DNA of 64,000 nucleotides from contig JBNZDD010013642.1 of the NCBI GenBank assembly GCA_050575255.1, positions 2,137,015 through 2,201,014 of the forward strand. Reading direction: 5' to 3'. Each line of letters begins with the position of its first letter. Positions within the stretch are counted from its first letter, which is position 1. Origin of the DNA: Harriotta raleighana (lineage: Eukaryota). Below are positions 1 to 13,667 of the stretch, piece after piece. The position numbers were made by a program, and so were the translations under genes. The notes beneath the pieces are model-generated. The model saw only the letters and a list, made by a program, of their open reading frames with translations. It did no database searches and was not told the origin of the DNA.

Positions 1-3000
1 CAGCAAGGATGCCTGGCTGCATTCGTCTCGATGATGTAGCTGCTGCTTTCAACAATCTTGGTTTGAATTTTTTTTCTTTATTTAAAAAACACACATCACA
101 GGGATGTGGAGCATAAACTAGTTGGGTCAAATGGCCTATTTACGTTCTACGTGATGTATACTTTTTTTAAAAAGGCATCTAATGCTTTGAGGCCACTTAG
201 TATTTTTTTTGCTGTGCTTTTGAAACAAACTTTATTTTTCCTCTTCCCCACCCCCCCCCGATGCTGTCCCACTACAAAGTCAAGCGCTGTATCATAGTTT
301 AAAATGATGCCCCTTTGTTGGAGGTTGAGCATCTGCATTGCATTGTTTTCAACCCGTTTTAAGCTTCTGGATGAACAAATGCTGTAAATTATCTTCAGCT
401 GAATTTGAGACTTAACAAAAGTGACATTATGGCGCTGGCTGTCCAGCAATGGGAAATCTGAAGGACTTGGTTCCAGATATTATATTGAAACGTTTTCTTT
501 CCTTGATATGAGAATTTCTCATTAGATTCTCTCTCAATTGGTCAGTGAATTAAAATGTGAGTGTTGCATATTATCTCCCCCCACCCCCTCATCAGTGACC
601 AATGACTGAATTAGATTTTGTAGAGTTAGTCCTCCAGCAGATCACGATCTTCCCCGATACAAGGTGCTTTGCAGATGGAAGGTACAGCAGCCATTCCAGC
701 CAACGCTTACCTCTATAGGTTAATAGATGGGTATAAATCGCAACAATCCTTTCCTGCCAACCAATTTATGGAATCTCATCTAGCTAAAGACTCGACTCAT
801 AGGAAATAAGCTCTTTTTGTGAAGAAAAATTCCAGTCGTGCGACATTTGAGCAAAATTCTCCTCCCCTTTTAGTGAAATGGTGTTTCATTTATATTGCAT
901 GGCCACCCCCCCTTCGGAAATGTGTTTGCACTGAATGTTTTTCACATGAATTCATTGGTGCCCTCGATGGTTCTCTATCTGATTGACATCTTTATTACTA
1001 AATCCAAGTATATAAAATCGCCCTGTCACAGTGTCATTTTTAAGGGAAAAACGTGGTTACCATGGAGTATCTGAAATGCGGCCTGTAACAATCGGAGTGT
1101 AAAGTTGGTTTCCTAATGGCAGTAAAATCAAATGTGCCAACAACTCCACTGCTCCCTGCTGCTAGCTGACAGCATGGTGCAAACACACCAGGGCTAAACA
1201 TTCAGTTAAACAGTGATTGTGATGAAATGCTACTCTGAGCTTAGCACAGGGAACTGAACAGGTGTAGAGAGCGAGCACGACTTTCCGTAGTCTGCTGGAG
1301 CCTCAGTGGGAACGCTCCATCGCTGTGCATCTTATGTCGGAAGGTAAGTCGCCTAGGTAGCAAAACACACCGGCCTCTACCTCAACTTTGCCAATTTACC
1401 ATCACCCTCGCGCACAGTATAATCCTACACTGTGTTAGTGTATTAGGAAAATATTTAGAAGAGCAGATTTACTTATCAAACTAATTGCAGCTCACACCAG
1501 TTAATAGGAAGGGATGCGTTGAGTGGGGAAACTCATTTGTGTGTGTGTGTGTTTGAGAGCATAAATTGGGTCGGGGGGTCATTTTCTTGAGCACCAATTG
1601 ATTCCCCAGCAAATTTTAAAAAAACCTTTCCATGACCTTTGCTTAATGAGGACAGTGGGATACATGGGATAATTTTATTTCCATTACAGCGCCCCGATTT
1701 AACAGAGTTCTTTAGGAGCAGTTTACGATAACCAGCCCCCACCACCAACAATTTAGCAGATGAAACACCTGTAATCATTGAATGTACAAGTATCATTTTA
1801 TTCAATTTGTCACCTCAGCACCGATTAGAAGGATCGTGGTAACATTTGTAAATAAATCTACCCTCATGTCGGAACTTACTTTGAAGCTGATGAAGTTAGT
1901 TTGTTGCTATTGCACCACATATTCATGTGGTTGGGTTGGTGGTGGTGCGGGCAGTTGAGGGGGGTGGGGGCTGAGGGAGAACTTGGGTACATGGTGAGCA
2001 AAGGAGAGAAGTTTTATTAAAGCTAGGAAAAGTTTACCAAAGTTGAAAACGCTATGGTTATCTTAACACTGTTTCATCCTCCTGATCCCTCAATTGTGGA
2101 TATTCAATGGTGTGCACCTAAACCGCTGGGTCCTAGCAAGTAAAATGCTTTCCTTGATGTGATACAATACAAAATTATGTTTGTATAGCGTGTTTTACAT
2201 CAGGAGGATGTCCTGAGGTGCTTGATAACAATGGTTGAACCTGCCTGTTGATTTATTACAAGAAAAATATATTTTTGTCCAGCTACAAAGCTGAACTGCG
2301 ATTGGTGGGGGGTGGGGGGAGCCGCAGAGGTTATGTCCTGAGCATGGTTCCTCCTTTTTTTTAAGAAAAATTTACAAATAAATTTGGTTAAGAAGAGCAG
2401 ATTTGTTTAGTATCACAGTCTACTTCATTCTTAGATTTGGATGCCAAGACCAACCTGCTTTTAGTATCAAAAGGTTACGTTTCAGTTTTACTTTAATGTA
2501 GAAGAGGAAACTCCACAGCGAATTGAAACCACAAAAGGCAGAACGAGCAACCAAGTAAGCTACCTAAATGGGAAGTGAAACTAAACGATTTTCTGCAAAA
2601 CCCTTATTTCCTTCCTGTGCAATAAAACTCTTGACCCAGCCTTCACCCTAAGCGTATACCCCCCCACCCGAATCTTCTCTTTCTTTTTACAAATGGGTAA
2701 CTAGACTTAAAATAAACTCACACTTGCATCAACATTCTGCCGGATTGTGCTAACCAGCTGAAAATGGTTCCACTTCGTGGACTGGCAGGTATCACAGATA
2801 AGGAAACGGGGATTCTGCCATAAGCAATAGGTAATGCGTAAACTATTCAATGTGTTTGTATCAGCCGAAGAGTGCTGTGTAATTGAAATGCACAGAGTTG
2901 GTGGTGGGTGTGGAAGGCAGGCAGAAAGAAGTAGGGGGAATGTTGTGTGATGGGTGCAAGAGATGAACGCATCAGGATTCATAGGAATCTATAAATACTG

Positions 3001-3728
3001 TAGTGAGATTTTTACAGCAGTCACTTAAGGGAATTGGTTTGGACTGAAGTTTTGATGAGGGTTGGTGAGGTGGGGGTTTTGGTGGAGCGAGTACTGTTGA
3101 CAAGTTTTCAGAAGTGTTTCAAATTGTGTGTTCTTTCTTCATTAACCACTCCCCTAAAGTTTGTATTGTGGTACCCAATGTTTTTTAAAAGTCTGATGTT
3201 TATATATTAATTCATCTATGGATCCCATTTGTGCCACTGGATAGTTTGGTTTTGTTGATAACAAGAGGTGAAATGTAACAGCACAGTTATTGATACCAGC
3301 TTCCAGTCCATGAATTGTTTTAAGAATTGATCTGTTGTGGCCTAGTTGCGTGATTTGCCATACAGAATTTGATGCAGAATGGAAGGTCTTCTTGGAGGAC
3401 AGTACCATGAGGGAGAGAGAGTGATAATGGTCAGGGAGAGGTGACAAAAAAAACACAGAAAACTTATTTCTATTGCAAGCCAAGGTCTAATAATAACGGG
3501 CAGGTTGGTCCTAGCTGGACTGCAATGGGAAGCTTGCCAGGCAGTGGATTCAAAGGTGAGTTTTTAAAATATATTGAAAAGGTGTGTATTTTAAAGTGTT
3601 AGGATAACATTCCCTCCCTGAGACAGTCTGTTAAAATCTCCGAGTGGTATGTTTATGGATTTGCAAAATTCTTTCCTAATACATTGTCTGGGTCCATCCT
3701 GGTATTCAGACCTCCTCTGGTGTGCACT

Positions 3729-6579
3729 TGACCTTTTTAATTTATCTCCCTCAAAAATGTGATCTGCTGCAGGTCACCAAATGCAGCTTGTTTTATTATA
3801 ACATTTGAATGGCTTTTTCTTGTTGTGGGGGAAAAAAGGCCATAGCATGTTTCCAAAGGATCGCGGAGCTCTCGTACATGATCCTGATGAACACTCGTTG
3901 CCTGATAACTCTTGTGTTGTTTGTTTCTCTTTCTTCATGCCTCTTACTGTAACATTGAGTTTGCCTATATAGTCCCGAATTTAGCCCTCTAGATTCTGGC
4001 TGAATTCCATCTCCCCACCATATTGAAACCAAGGCAGAAATGCTCCCAATTTATCAGCAGTAGAGCTATTTTAAACACTTCCATAATTAATATCTCACAA
4101 TTTTTAAAATATAGTGTGCTTAAAAAGCTAAAATATTGAGATACACCAAGAAAATTAATTTATTTTCAGCACTTCCTTACTTCCTCCCCCCACCAACCAC
4201 CCCAAAAAGGCTGAACATATTCCTTTGTCCTCCCAGTTTTTAATCCTCGCCCACAGTGATCTTAGATATAATTGTAAAATGGAGATGCTGAAAAGGAAAG
4301 CTTTGGCCCTTTCATTGCGATGCCTTAATGCAATGATGATATGTTGCTCCAGCAGTTGACAAGCCATTGTATCATTTAGATCCTATAATGACACCTTGTC
4401 ACACTGAAGTGGTCATGTTTTCCCAAATCATATGTTACAGTGTCGATTCTTGTAGCACTGTCTCATCTAGACGTGCTTTTTCCCTGTTCCGTGTTGAATG
4501 CAGTTGGTGCCATTTTCCTATTGACTGATCCATATTTTGGCACCTTCTGTGGAGAGTACAATTAGTTCAGGCAGAAAACTGAATTACAGTGTGTTCTTCA
4601 AAGCAGAAACACTAACATTGTAACTGGATTCTTTCACTGGAGCACAAAAGAATTACAGCGATTTACTTTGAAGAACCACTAATCTAAATTCAGAAGAGGC
4701 CATTTGTTCAGTTTGTCGAGTCTGTTCAAAGTCACTAAACAGAAAAAAAATAGTATATCACAGGGAGAAGGAAATATTAAAATCCATGAGAACTTCTTCC
4801 AAATAATGTTCAATCTGATTTCTAAAAATAACCCCAGTTTCTTGCATGCAATAGAAAATAATTTGTTTCATTCCCAGATGAAAAGCTTTATTTTCTAAAA
4901 TCTTAAATTGTGCAGATTCCACAATTTTTAAAGACAAAATATAGTTTTTCTGGCTGAAGTTGTATTAAGGGTAATTTTTTTTAGTGGGAATGCTGTTCTA
5001 TGCAGTTGCAAACAGGACATGGAAAGAAACAAGTCATTCCGCTGGGAAAAATAAGTGTGTTGTTGTTTGGAGTTATTAGCTGGGAAAATTCCTGCTTGTT
5101 AAACATTAGATTAATAATGTATGTTTGAGTGAGAAGTGACGGGAAGTGTGTGTNTGACCTTTTTAATTTATCTCCCTCAAAAATGTGATCTGCTGCAGGT
5201 CACCAAATGCAGCTTGTTTTATTATAACATTTGAATGGCTTTTTCTTGTTGTGGGGGAAAAAAGGCCATAGCATGTTTCCAAAGGATCGCGGAGCTCTCG
5301 TACATGATCCTGATGAACACTCGTTGCCTGATAACTCTTGTGTTGTTTGTTTCTCTTTCTTCATGCCTCTTACTGTAACATTGAGTTTGCCTATATAGTC
5401 CCGAATTTAGCCCTCTAGATTCTGGCTGAATTCCATCTCCCCACCATATTGAAACCAAGGCAGAAATGCTCCCAATTTATCAGCAGTAGAGCTATTTTAA
5501 ACACTTCCATAATTAATATCTCACAATTTTTAAAATATAGTGTGCTTAAAAAGCTAAAATATTGAGATACACCAAGAAAATTAATTTATTTTCAGCACTT
5601 CCTTACTTCCTCCCCCCACCAACCACCCCAAAAAGGCTGAACATATTCCTTTGTCCTCCCAGTTTTTAATCCTCGCCCACAGTGATCTTAGATATAATTG
5701 TAAAATGGAGATGCTGAAAAGGAAAGCTTTGGCCCTTTCATTGCGATGCCTTAATGCAATGATGATATGTTGCTCCAGCAGTTGACAAGCCATTGTATCA
5801 TTTAGATCCTATAATGACACCTTGTCACACTGAAGTGGTCATGTTTTCCCAAATCATATGTTACAGTGTCGATTCTTGTAGCACTGTCTCATCTAGACGT
5901 GCTTTTTCCCTGTTCCGTGTTGAATGCAGTTGGTGCCATTTTCCTATTGACTGATCCATATTTTGGCACCTTCTGTGGAGAGTACAATTAGTTCAGGCAG
6001 AAAACTGAATTACAGTGTGTTCTTCAAAGCAGAAACACTAACATTGTAACTGGATTCTTTCACTGGAGCACAAAAGAATTACAGCGATTTACTTTGAAGA
6101 ACCACTAATCTAAATTCAGAAGAGGCCATTTGTTCAGTTTGTCGAGTCTGTTCAAAGTCACTAAACAGAAAAAAAATAGTATATCACAGGGAGAAGGAAA
6201 TATTAAAATCCATGAGAACTTCTTCCAAATAATGTTCAATCTGATTTCTAAAAATAACCCCAGTTTCTTGCATGCAATAGAAAATAATTTGTTTCATTCC
6301 CAGATGAAAAGCTTTATTTTCTAAAATCTTAAATTGTGCAGATTCCACAATTTTTAAAGACAAAATATAGTTTTTCTGGCTGAAGTTGTATTAAGGGTAA
6401 TTTTTTTTAGTGGGAATGCTGTTCTATGCAGTTGCAAACAGGACATGGAAAGAAACAAGTCATTCCGCTGGGAAAAATAAGTGTGTTGTTGTTTGGAGTT
6501 ATTAGCTGGGAAAATTCCTGCTTGTTAAACATTAGATTAATAATGTATGTTTGAGTGAGAAGTGACGGGAAGTGTGTGT
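3729..6579. repeat. Tandem duplicate of 1425 bp (3729-5153 and 5155-6579) joined by a single N; probable assembly artefact
   Basis: Three ORFs are repeated identically at +1426 offset; copies appear identical on reading; lone n at 5154. Confidence 0.95.
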
Positions 6580-7526
6580 GGGGGTGTGTGGGGTGGGGGA
6601 GGGAATAGGGAAAGAGGATTAAAATGATAGGTGCCATTCAAATCATTTTCATAGTAATAATTATTTTTGAATTGTATTCAAAAGAAATGGCAATCTGTTG
6701 TAATCGGTGAGCGCTGCTGCTGCTATTCTCAGTAAGTGTGGAATTAGCTTTTGCCTGCACACAGGAATTATTGGCCTGCAAGCATTCACAGCGATCGGAT
6801 CACAATTAGTCCTTGGAACAATTTTTATTAGACCTGCTGTGCCGTCCCCACTTTACTGAAACTGTTCCGTTTTAACAAGAAGGAACTATTATATTCCCAG
6901 TGACGATGTGTTCTTTGCTGCTGGATGAAAATGGCCAAAGGAAGGAAGAATGTTTCCTTTCGTTTCTTTTCCTCTCTGTGGACTATTTGCTTGCCTTGCT
7001 TCCAGCTTAGACAGAGGCGATGTCTGTGCGATGGACATCTCTCGGTGGTTATAGGAGACCTATTGAAGTGCGATGAGCTGAGTGAATTTTATTTTTTCCC
7101 TTCTGTTTGGCCCAACAAAGAAGTGGCTAAACTCCCCAGCTGACATGAGTATATTCAAGTGAGGGTTAACTCTGGGATCTGAATCAATGACCTCTTGGTC
7201 AAGGGGCAAAGCCCTGCATAGCTTGGGGTAGTCGATGGCCCTCGTGGGGGTGGAGGGCAGGCGGGCAAAGCTGGAAACTCGCTAATAATCTTTGTCAGTC
7301 AGGGTCACCAAAGTTTCCCTGCTTATTTCTTTAATAAGAAGAATAAAATGCTGCTGGTGCCACTGAAGGATCAATTTCAAGCTTCTTAGAGAATCTGCAA
7401 AGCAGTCCATTAGTTAAAGGCTCAGTGTTCTTCTCGGTTTTCCTTACGGGGCATCCTTACGTGCAGTTCAAAAGAGGGGATATTCCTGGGGTTTATTTTT
7501 AAGGTGGGATGAAAGGACAGGGCATT

Positions 7527-7647
7527 GTGTGTGTGTATATATAACATATATATATATTTCATATATGTTTTATATAATAATATCATATATTAATATAATA
7601 GTATTATATATGTTATATATATATACAAAATATATATATATATATAC
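7527..7647. repeat. (TG)n/(TA)n low-complexity microsatellite tract
   Basis: Visible TG followed by degenerate AT dinucleotide run. Confidence 0.9.
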
Positions 7648-7734
7648 TCAGCAGGAAACGGGGTATGAGGGAAGATGAGTTATATAAATTTGCTGCAGAA
7701 CCTGCTGCATTTCTGTTTGCATTGTCTCCATGTC

Positions 7735-7735
7735 T

Positions 7736-7772
<37 letters not shown>
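7735..7772. repeat. Compound (CT)n(CA)n microsatellite
   Basis: tctctctctctctctctctcacacacacacac. Confidence 0.9.
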
Positions 7773-9451
7773 TCTCATCACTGTTGTGCCTTGTTCCATC
7801 CCTTTTGTTCTGAAATGGTCTGGATGTGTATTTATTTTATTGGAACTCGGAATGGTTAACAATTAACAAAAAAACTACAAGGATAGGCAAAGTGGTGGGG
7901 GTGGGAAGGGGAAGCCATAATATTGTATTCATATTGGTTTGTTTCCTTTTTTATATAAAATCCCGACCAGCTTCTTGTGTTACTAACATCTGACACTGTA
8001 ATTTAACTGCATTAAGTCATTTACTTGACACCGAGAATTCTCAGAAGTTTTACTTGAATTTGTTTTCAACAGGTTATCTGTTCTTCCCTCCCTAGCTAAT
8101 AGGGTATTATGCATTTTCACTTGTTCCTCACAGAAAGGGGTTAAAGTGCTGAGCAAGTGACTGCTCTTTCTGTCCATCGAAAGCCCTGCTCTTGGTGGTA
8201 TCAGAGGGACATTCTTTTCCAGACTGCACAAGTCAAGGACCTTGCCTGCAACAAATTTTCCTTGCAGCCAGTACTGTTAATGAGAGCAGTAATTAATTGA
8301 TATCTCTCCCATCCCTTGACTACCACTCAGGGCAAAGAGTGGGGATTAAATTTTTCCCAAGTCAACATTAGAGAGAACTGAATGTGCATTGACTTACAAC
8401 AGCCCTGTGAATTCCTCTAATTTAGAATACTTACTCTTCCACTTATTACATTGTAATTACTGCTCTCCAATACATTATGCTCACAGACTTCAGTTAAAAA
8501 TTATTAGTGCACTCTCCCTCTCTCCTTGAAATTCCATGGCACTATTAATGTGGCATTGGAATATGCACAACTGTCTATAAATTCAGTTGTCAGGTGCTAG
8601 TTTTTATTCTGGTCTGCAGTTGAATCTAAAATTAGAGGCACTAAAATTCGCATTAACAGTAAGAGCAATGGAATTCTAAAAACTATATTTAACAAAGAAA
8701 ACCTTTTCTGTCAGATAAAGGCTATTTGGGAGGTTACGATCTTATCCTTTTGTGGATGCAGAACTGACTTGATTCCATTTTGTGCTGTCAATGCAGAATT
8801 TGATGTCGCTGTGCATTGAATGCGTAGTGATCTGGGTTTTTTTTCAAACGGGGGTTAATTTGTGTCAAATGAAAACTGTATCAATCTTTGGGGATATTTT
8901 TGCTATTTTAATATTTCTGTCGCAAAAAATTTCTATTAGGAATTTTGTTAAGCAAACGGCATTTAAATCTTTCACTCATGATGTTAAAATCGGTAATTGG
9001 TTCTCAGTTTGCTGCACCTATCTGATCACACACATGAAGAGTGAAAAATCTTTAGAATCTAATGGTCTTTCACACAAGCTACCTAGGATAAGTTACATCA
9101 AATAACACTCCAAACAAAGTACTTTATTAAACCGTCACTGATTGACTCTGGTGGACTTTGTTCCCAGTCGGAGAATTTGATCAAATGATCTTAAATGATC
9201 TTGTGAAGGGAAACACTAGTCTGTTTTTGAAGTCTGTCTTCCTTCCTCCCTCCACACCCCCTCCCTTACCAGTTCTGTTTACCACCTGTCTTGAGCTTTG
9301 ATAAACCTCTGTCGTGCCCTTATGCTGATTATGTTCGTGTAGAACAACTTGTATTGACTAACGAATGAATGATGCCTGGTCCCTTGCCTTTCAGAAAGGC
9401 CCTAAAGAATGTTGTTTTTAATTCAATGCTTCCCACAGGCTTCTCTGCAGA

Positions 9452-9854
9452 ATGTCAGCCAAGGATCGACACATTGATTCGAGCTGCTCATCATACATTA
9501 AGACGGAGCCGTCCAGCCCTGCCTCACTGACAGATAGTATCAATCACCACAGTCCAGGTGGCTCATCCGACGCCAGTGGGAGCTACAGCTCCACTATGAA
9601 TGGACACCAGAATGGACTGGACTCTCCCCCACTCTACACCACAACGGTGGGCCTCGGCAATAATGGCAGCTCCCGTAAACGGTACGATGACTGTTCTAGC
9701 ACTATAGCCGAAGACTCGCAGACCAAGTGCGAGTACATGTTGAACTCCATGCCCAAAAGATTGTGTTTGGTCTGCGGTGACATAGCATCAGGGTATCATT
9801 ATGGTGTCGCTTCCTGTGAGGCCTGCAAAGCATTCTTCAAGCGCACTATACAAG
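9452..9854 (+). CDS. ESRRG: ESRRG coding exon (exon begins 9439; ATG of short isoform at 9452): A/B domain with IKTEPSSP motif and first zinc finger
   Basis: Translation [23 protein letters not shown]...[38 protein letters not shown](G) has the ERR P-box CEACKA and gamma-type N-terminus. Acceptor cccacag|G at 9438/9439, donor CAAG|gtaaat at 9854/9855 (phase 1). Confidence 0.97.
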
Positions 9855-12277
9855 GTAAATTACTCTTCTTATATTACCCCTTGCCCTCTTCCCTTCCCTG
9901 TTCCGAAAGGTAAAATGTACAGCATCACAACATAAAGTCTTCATGTACATTGTCGGCAAATAGGCACTTACTTTATATAGCTTCTGAATAATAAGAAACT
10001 TTATTGACTTGGTCTTAATACTACTAATTCAAGCAGATTGGGAAGTTAGAAAATAAAACAGTGAACCAAATGTGTTCTTTAAGGAGCCATCTTAAAAAAG
10101 TACTAACATTAAACAAAAGTCAGTCTCAAAGACCTTGTACAGGTGACTGGGGGACCCTCAAACTGATAACCTTGCATGAGGAATGGTCCTTCCTCTTTTT
10201 CGCTAGTTATTCCTTTCATAGAATTGTTTGAGGGACCAGCTGGTTGGATTTAACTGGATTCCCAAGAAATGGGAATAAAGTTTTGCATTTCTTTTAAAAC
10301 GGATGCTAAATAGTAACTTTTCTTCACTCGCTGAAGTGTGTCCGGATCACTTCAATGGTGTTAGCATGTAAAGTGTAGATGTTCCGTGGTTTACCTCCTC
10401 TTTGGCGCTTGTTTTGTAATGACATTCAACATAGATAGTTTACCCCATCAAATATTTTTAACATGTTGAGATTTCCACTAACTTGAAAGCAGTTAAACTT
10501 ATTGTTTCAGATAAATGAAGGACTGCGTTTTAATGGAAATCTCCCCTTCTATTGTTGAATGCAGAAAAGTTTCAACAAACCAAATTTAAAAATACTTTGT
10601 GGACAGTATTTAAAGTAACGCTGAAATATTTAAGCTTCTCAATAACTTCTGCAAAGGACATTTCCTTCCCCCAAAAAAATTTCCCCACAAACAATGAGGT
10701 GATGTCTGTGCAAAGTATCACTGGAGACCATGATAACTTCCTGATATAAATGAATCAACAAAACGGTTCAGTTGTTCACATTTAAAAAAATTTTTTTTTT
10801 ACAAGTTATCTATGTGAATGATGAGACCAAAATATCTTCAAAAGACCACAAATATATCAGTGAAACTGAGCTTTGAGCAGTTTACATATAGCTTGTGTCA
10901 TCTGACTAGAACAGAGAGATACAATAGTGACTTCTCTTTGGCTTTGAGGTATGGTTCCTTATCTGAAATCACGATTACATTTAAGATCCTTGGTCCTTTG
11001 CAGTGTCTATTTTTGAGGCTGTAGTTACATGCGTTCATAACACACTGTGGCATGGAGGAACACCACAGAAACATTGCAGCAAAAACTCACCCCCAGTACC
11101 CAATGTTGCCTGAATCTATTAAATTAGCCACATTTGTGATTGTGCATCGCCATTCAATGGCTAAGAGCATCTACATGTAATTAGTTTAGAATGGATTCAG
11201 GATTTGGTCACTGGTTTTGTTCAATAATTCTGACCTACAAAGGCTTTAGTGGCTTTATGTTTTGCTTAACTCCATTGGCTTATTAGATGCACAATCACTG
11301 CTATATATGCTACATTATGCGGACCAAACTTCCCCTTCCCTCCTGTATGTATTTATGTGACTCCGAAGGCTCTTTTAAACCCAGATTCAGCATGTTCTTC
11401 CACTGTAATTTTTTCCATAAATGAACCCCAGTAGAATTTTCTCATTTTTAAAATATCTCTATCAAGCAAATCTAGAAAAATCAGCCACTGGAACATATGT
11501 TCAAGGTCTCTGCTGGCCAAACAAAGGTAGTTAAGATTTTTAATACGTACATAAAGTGGGTTTGGTTTTAAGTGCTCCTCCATGTATGTGCGCAATGATG
11601 GTGTGCAAATCATTGCGAGGATTGTTAAATATTTGTTTTCCTTCCGCAATCGCCGATTTACTTGCGAGATTCAAACGAGAGGTGCAAATTTAATTTTGTA
11701 ACCTTCTCTCTGGTGCGTCACGAAGCGAACTCGGAAACATTCCTTTTCCAAGGTCTTCTGCTTAACGCGGGTTTTATTTTGCTTTGAGTGAGAAGTTTTC
11801 AGTATTTAAGTCTCTTAGTGCTCCACTAATCTGTTATTTAATGAGGAAGCATGGGCACAGAGAAGGGTAGTCAATATAAATCAGTGTTTACAAAGTGTGA
11901 TTAACTCTGAAATATTTCATCAGTGCTGCTGTCCCAGGTGGATGCGGTGCTAATTACAGGGAGTTGCATATGTTTCTAGGGGAATGTGATGGACCCTGAG
12001 TGCTGCTAACATGAAGTATCAAGGTTACAATTATACTCACTGCCAACCTGCCTTGTCTCCACTAGCAATTTATGCACTCTGTGCACTGACCCTCCTCTCC
12101 AGAGGACAATAAACAAAATGCATTTTCATTAAGACACTAATGTATTTAACCACAGAGGGCCACGGAAAAAGAAAGGGGGAAGAAGAAGAGGACAGCCAAG
12201 GGAGGGGAGCCTTGAGACTGGTTTAGGCGAATGAAAAAGACTTGGGTCAGTTTTCTGCATAACAAGAGTTGGCCTAA

Positions 12278-12562
<285 letters not shown>

Positions 12563-13214
12563 TGACCTTTCACGGACTTCTTAACCATCCTTTTCGTTTC
12601 AATCTGTTTCACGTAAATCCCAACTCGCAGACGTGCACAAAATCTTGGGGGGAACAAAATAGTTTAATGACATGCGTGACAGGTAAGCATGCTATTATTT
12701 ATTTTAACATTTGCACCTAGCTGAAATCAGAAGGTCTAACCTATTTTATTTCTGAACCTTTTAATGCATTTAAAATGACTTATTTGGGAGAGTCGTGGTG
12801 TTGATACATTGGAGGCAAAAATGTATTATACAGCCCTTAAATACAAATTATTCTCATTGTAGCCTGCAGTGAGATCAGTGATTTGCCTAAAAGTCTTGTT
12901 TATATCAGCAGCGGAAATTTCTGAAAGCCATGCATTTGATTAATTTCTCCATATATTGCCAAATGTAAAGAGTGAGCCAGCTTTACTTGAGTAAGTGTTG
13001 AGTTGAATGCTTGTCTCTCAATGAATAGAGCAGGAAGTTCAGATTCCAAGGTCACTTGTTGTTTGAACTTTTACTCCCCGATTTCATTTAGTTTGGGTTG
13101 GAGGTGGGGAAATGGGTGAAATTACTGGATGGAAAGAATAAATAATTACTAACAAATAAGTAAACAAACCAATTTTAAGAAAATTATAATTTGGTTACTC
13201 AATCTACAGATTTT

Positions 13215-13357
13215 TGCGGGACACTGCTGTGGGCATTTGGCTGCCACAATTCGCCCAAAAAACGTACAGATGATTCATTTAATAGTATATTCTGTGAAGC
13301 ACTTTGAGACGTCTCAAAGACGTGATAAGGCGCTATATCAAATGTAAAGGTTATTAT
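13215..13357 (+). mobile_element. 5'-truncated SINE (3' half with L2-type tail)
   Basis: gggacactgctgtg..ttggctgcc..tattctgtgaagcactttgagacgtc..aggcgctatatcaaatgtaaagggttattatt matches the 3' half of the full-length copies at 30406, 50434 and 59665. Confidence 0.85.
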
Positions 13358-13359
13358 TA

Positions 13360-13667
13360 CAGTAAAACCTTGTTTTACCAGATTGCTTGACCCCTTCCCA
13401 GGGTAATTCCCCATTCCAGGAATCGCAAGTTTGCTCACTTTGCGCAGGGGTGTCGATTTTACCGATCTTTTTGTCGACTGTGCTGGAATGCTTTATTGGT
13501 AAATATCTATACAATATTGTGTTACTGTTTAGTCTATTATTAACATGGTATGTTTTAAAATAAGTTAATTTCTTACATTGGGTTTTCGGCAACTTGTCCC
13601 CCGTTTATCCGGCACAGTCAATTAGTCGACCCCCCCCCGAGTGTGACAGATAAATGAGTTTTTACTG
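13360..13667. mobile_element. Non-autonomous Tc1/mariner-superfamily (Tigger/pogo-like) DNA transposon, MITE
   Basis: TA|CAGTAAAACCTTGTTTTACC at left and GATAAATGAGTTTTTACTG|TA at right (reverse complement CAGTAAAAACTCATTTATC): imperfect TIRs beginning CAGT with TA target duplication; 308 bp. Confidence 0.75.

Noticed and set aside
3500-3561. Strong donor AAG|GTGAGT at 3555/3556 as a possible upstream coding exon
   Set aside because: In-frame stop upstream, no in-frame ATG and no convincing acceptor; cannot be distinguished from chance.
8414-8638. 13-14-bp inverted repeat (cctctaatttaga / tctaaaattagagg) as MITE ends
   Set aside because: AT-rich, no TSD or superfamily signature, and no second copy in the window.
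13046-13054. CCAAGGTCA ERR/SF1-type half-site (and ACAAGGTCA on the minus strand at 52581-52589) as autoregulatory elements
   Set aside because: Isolated degenerate 9-mers are expected by chance in 64 kb; no clustering.
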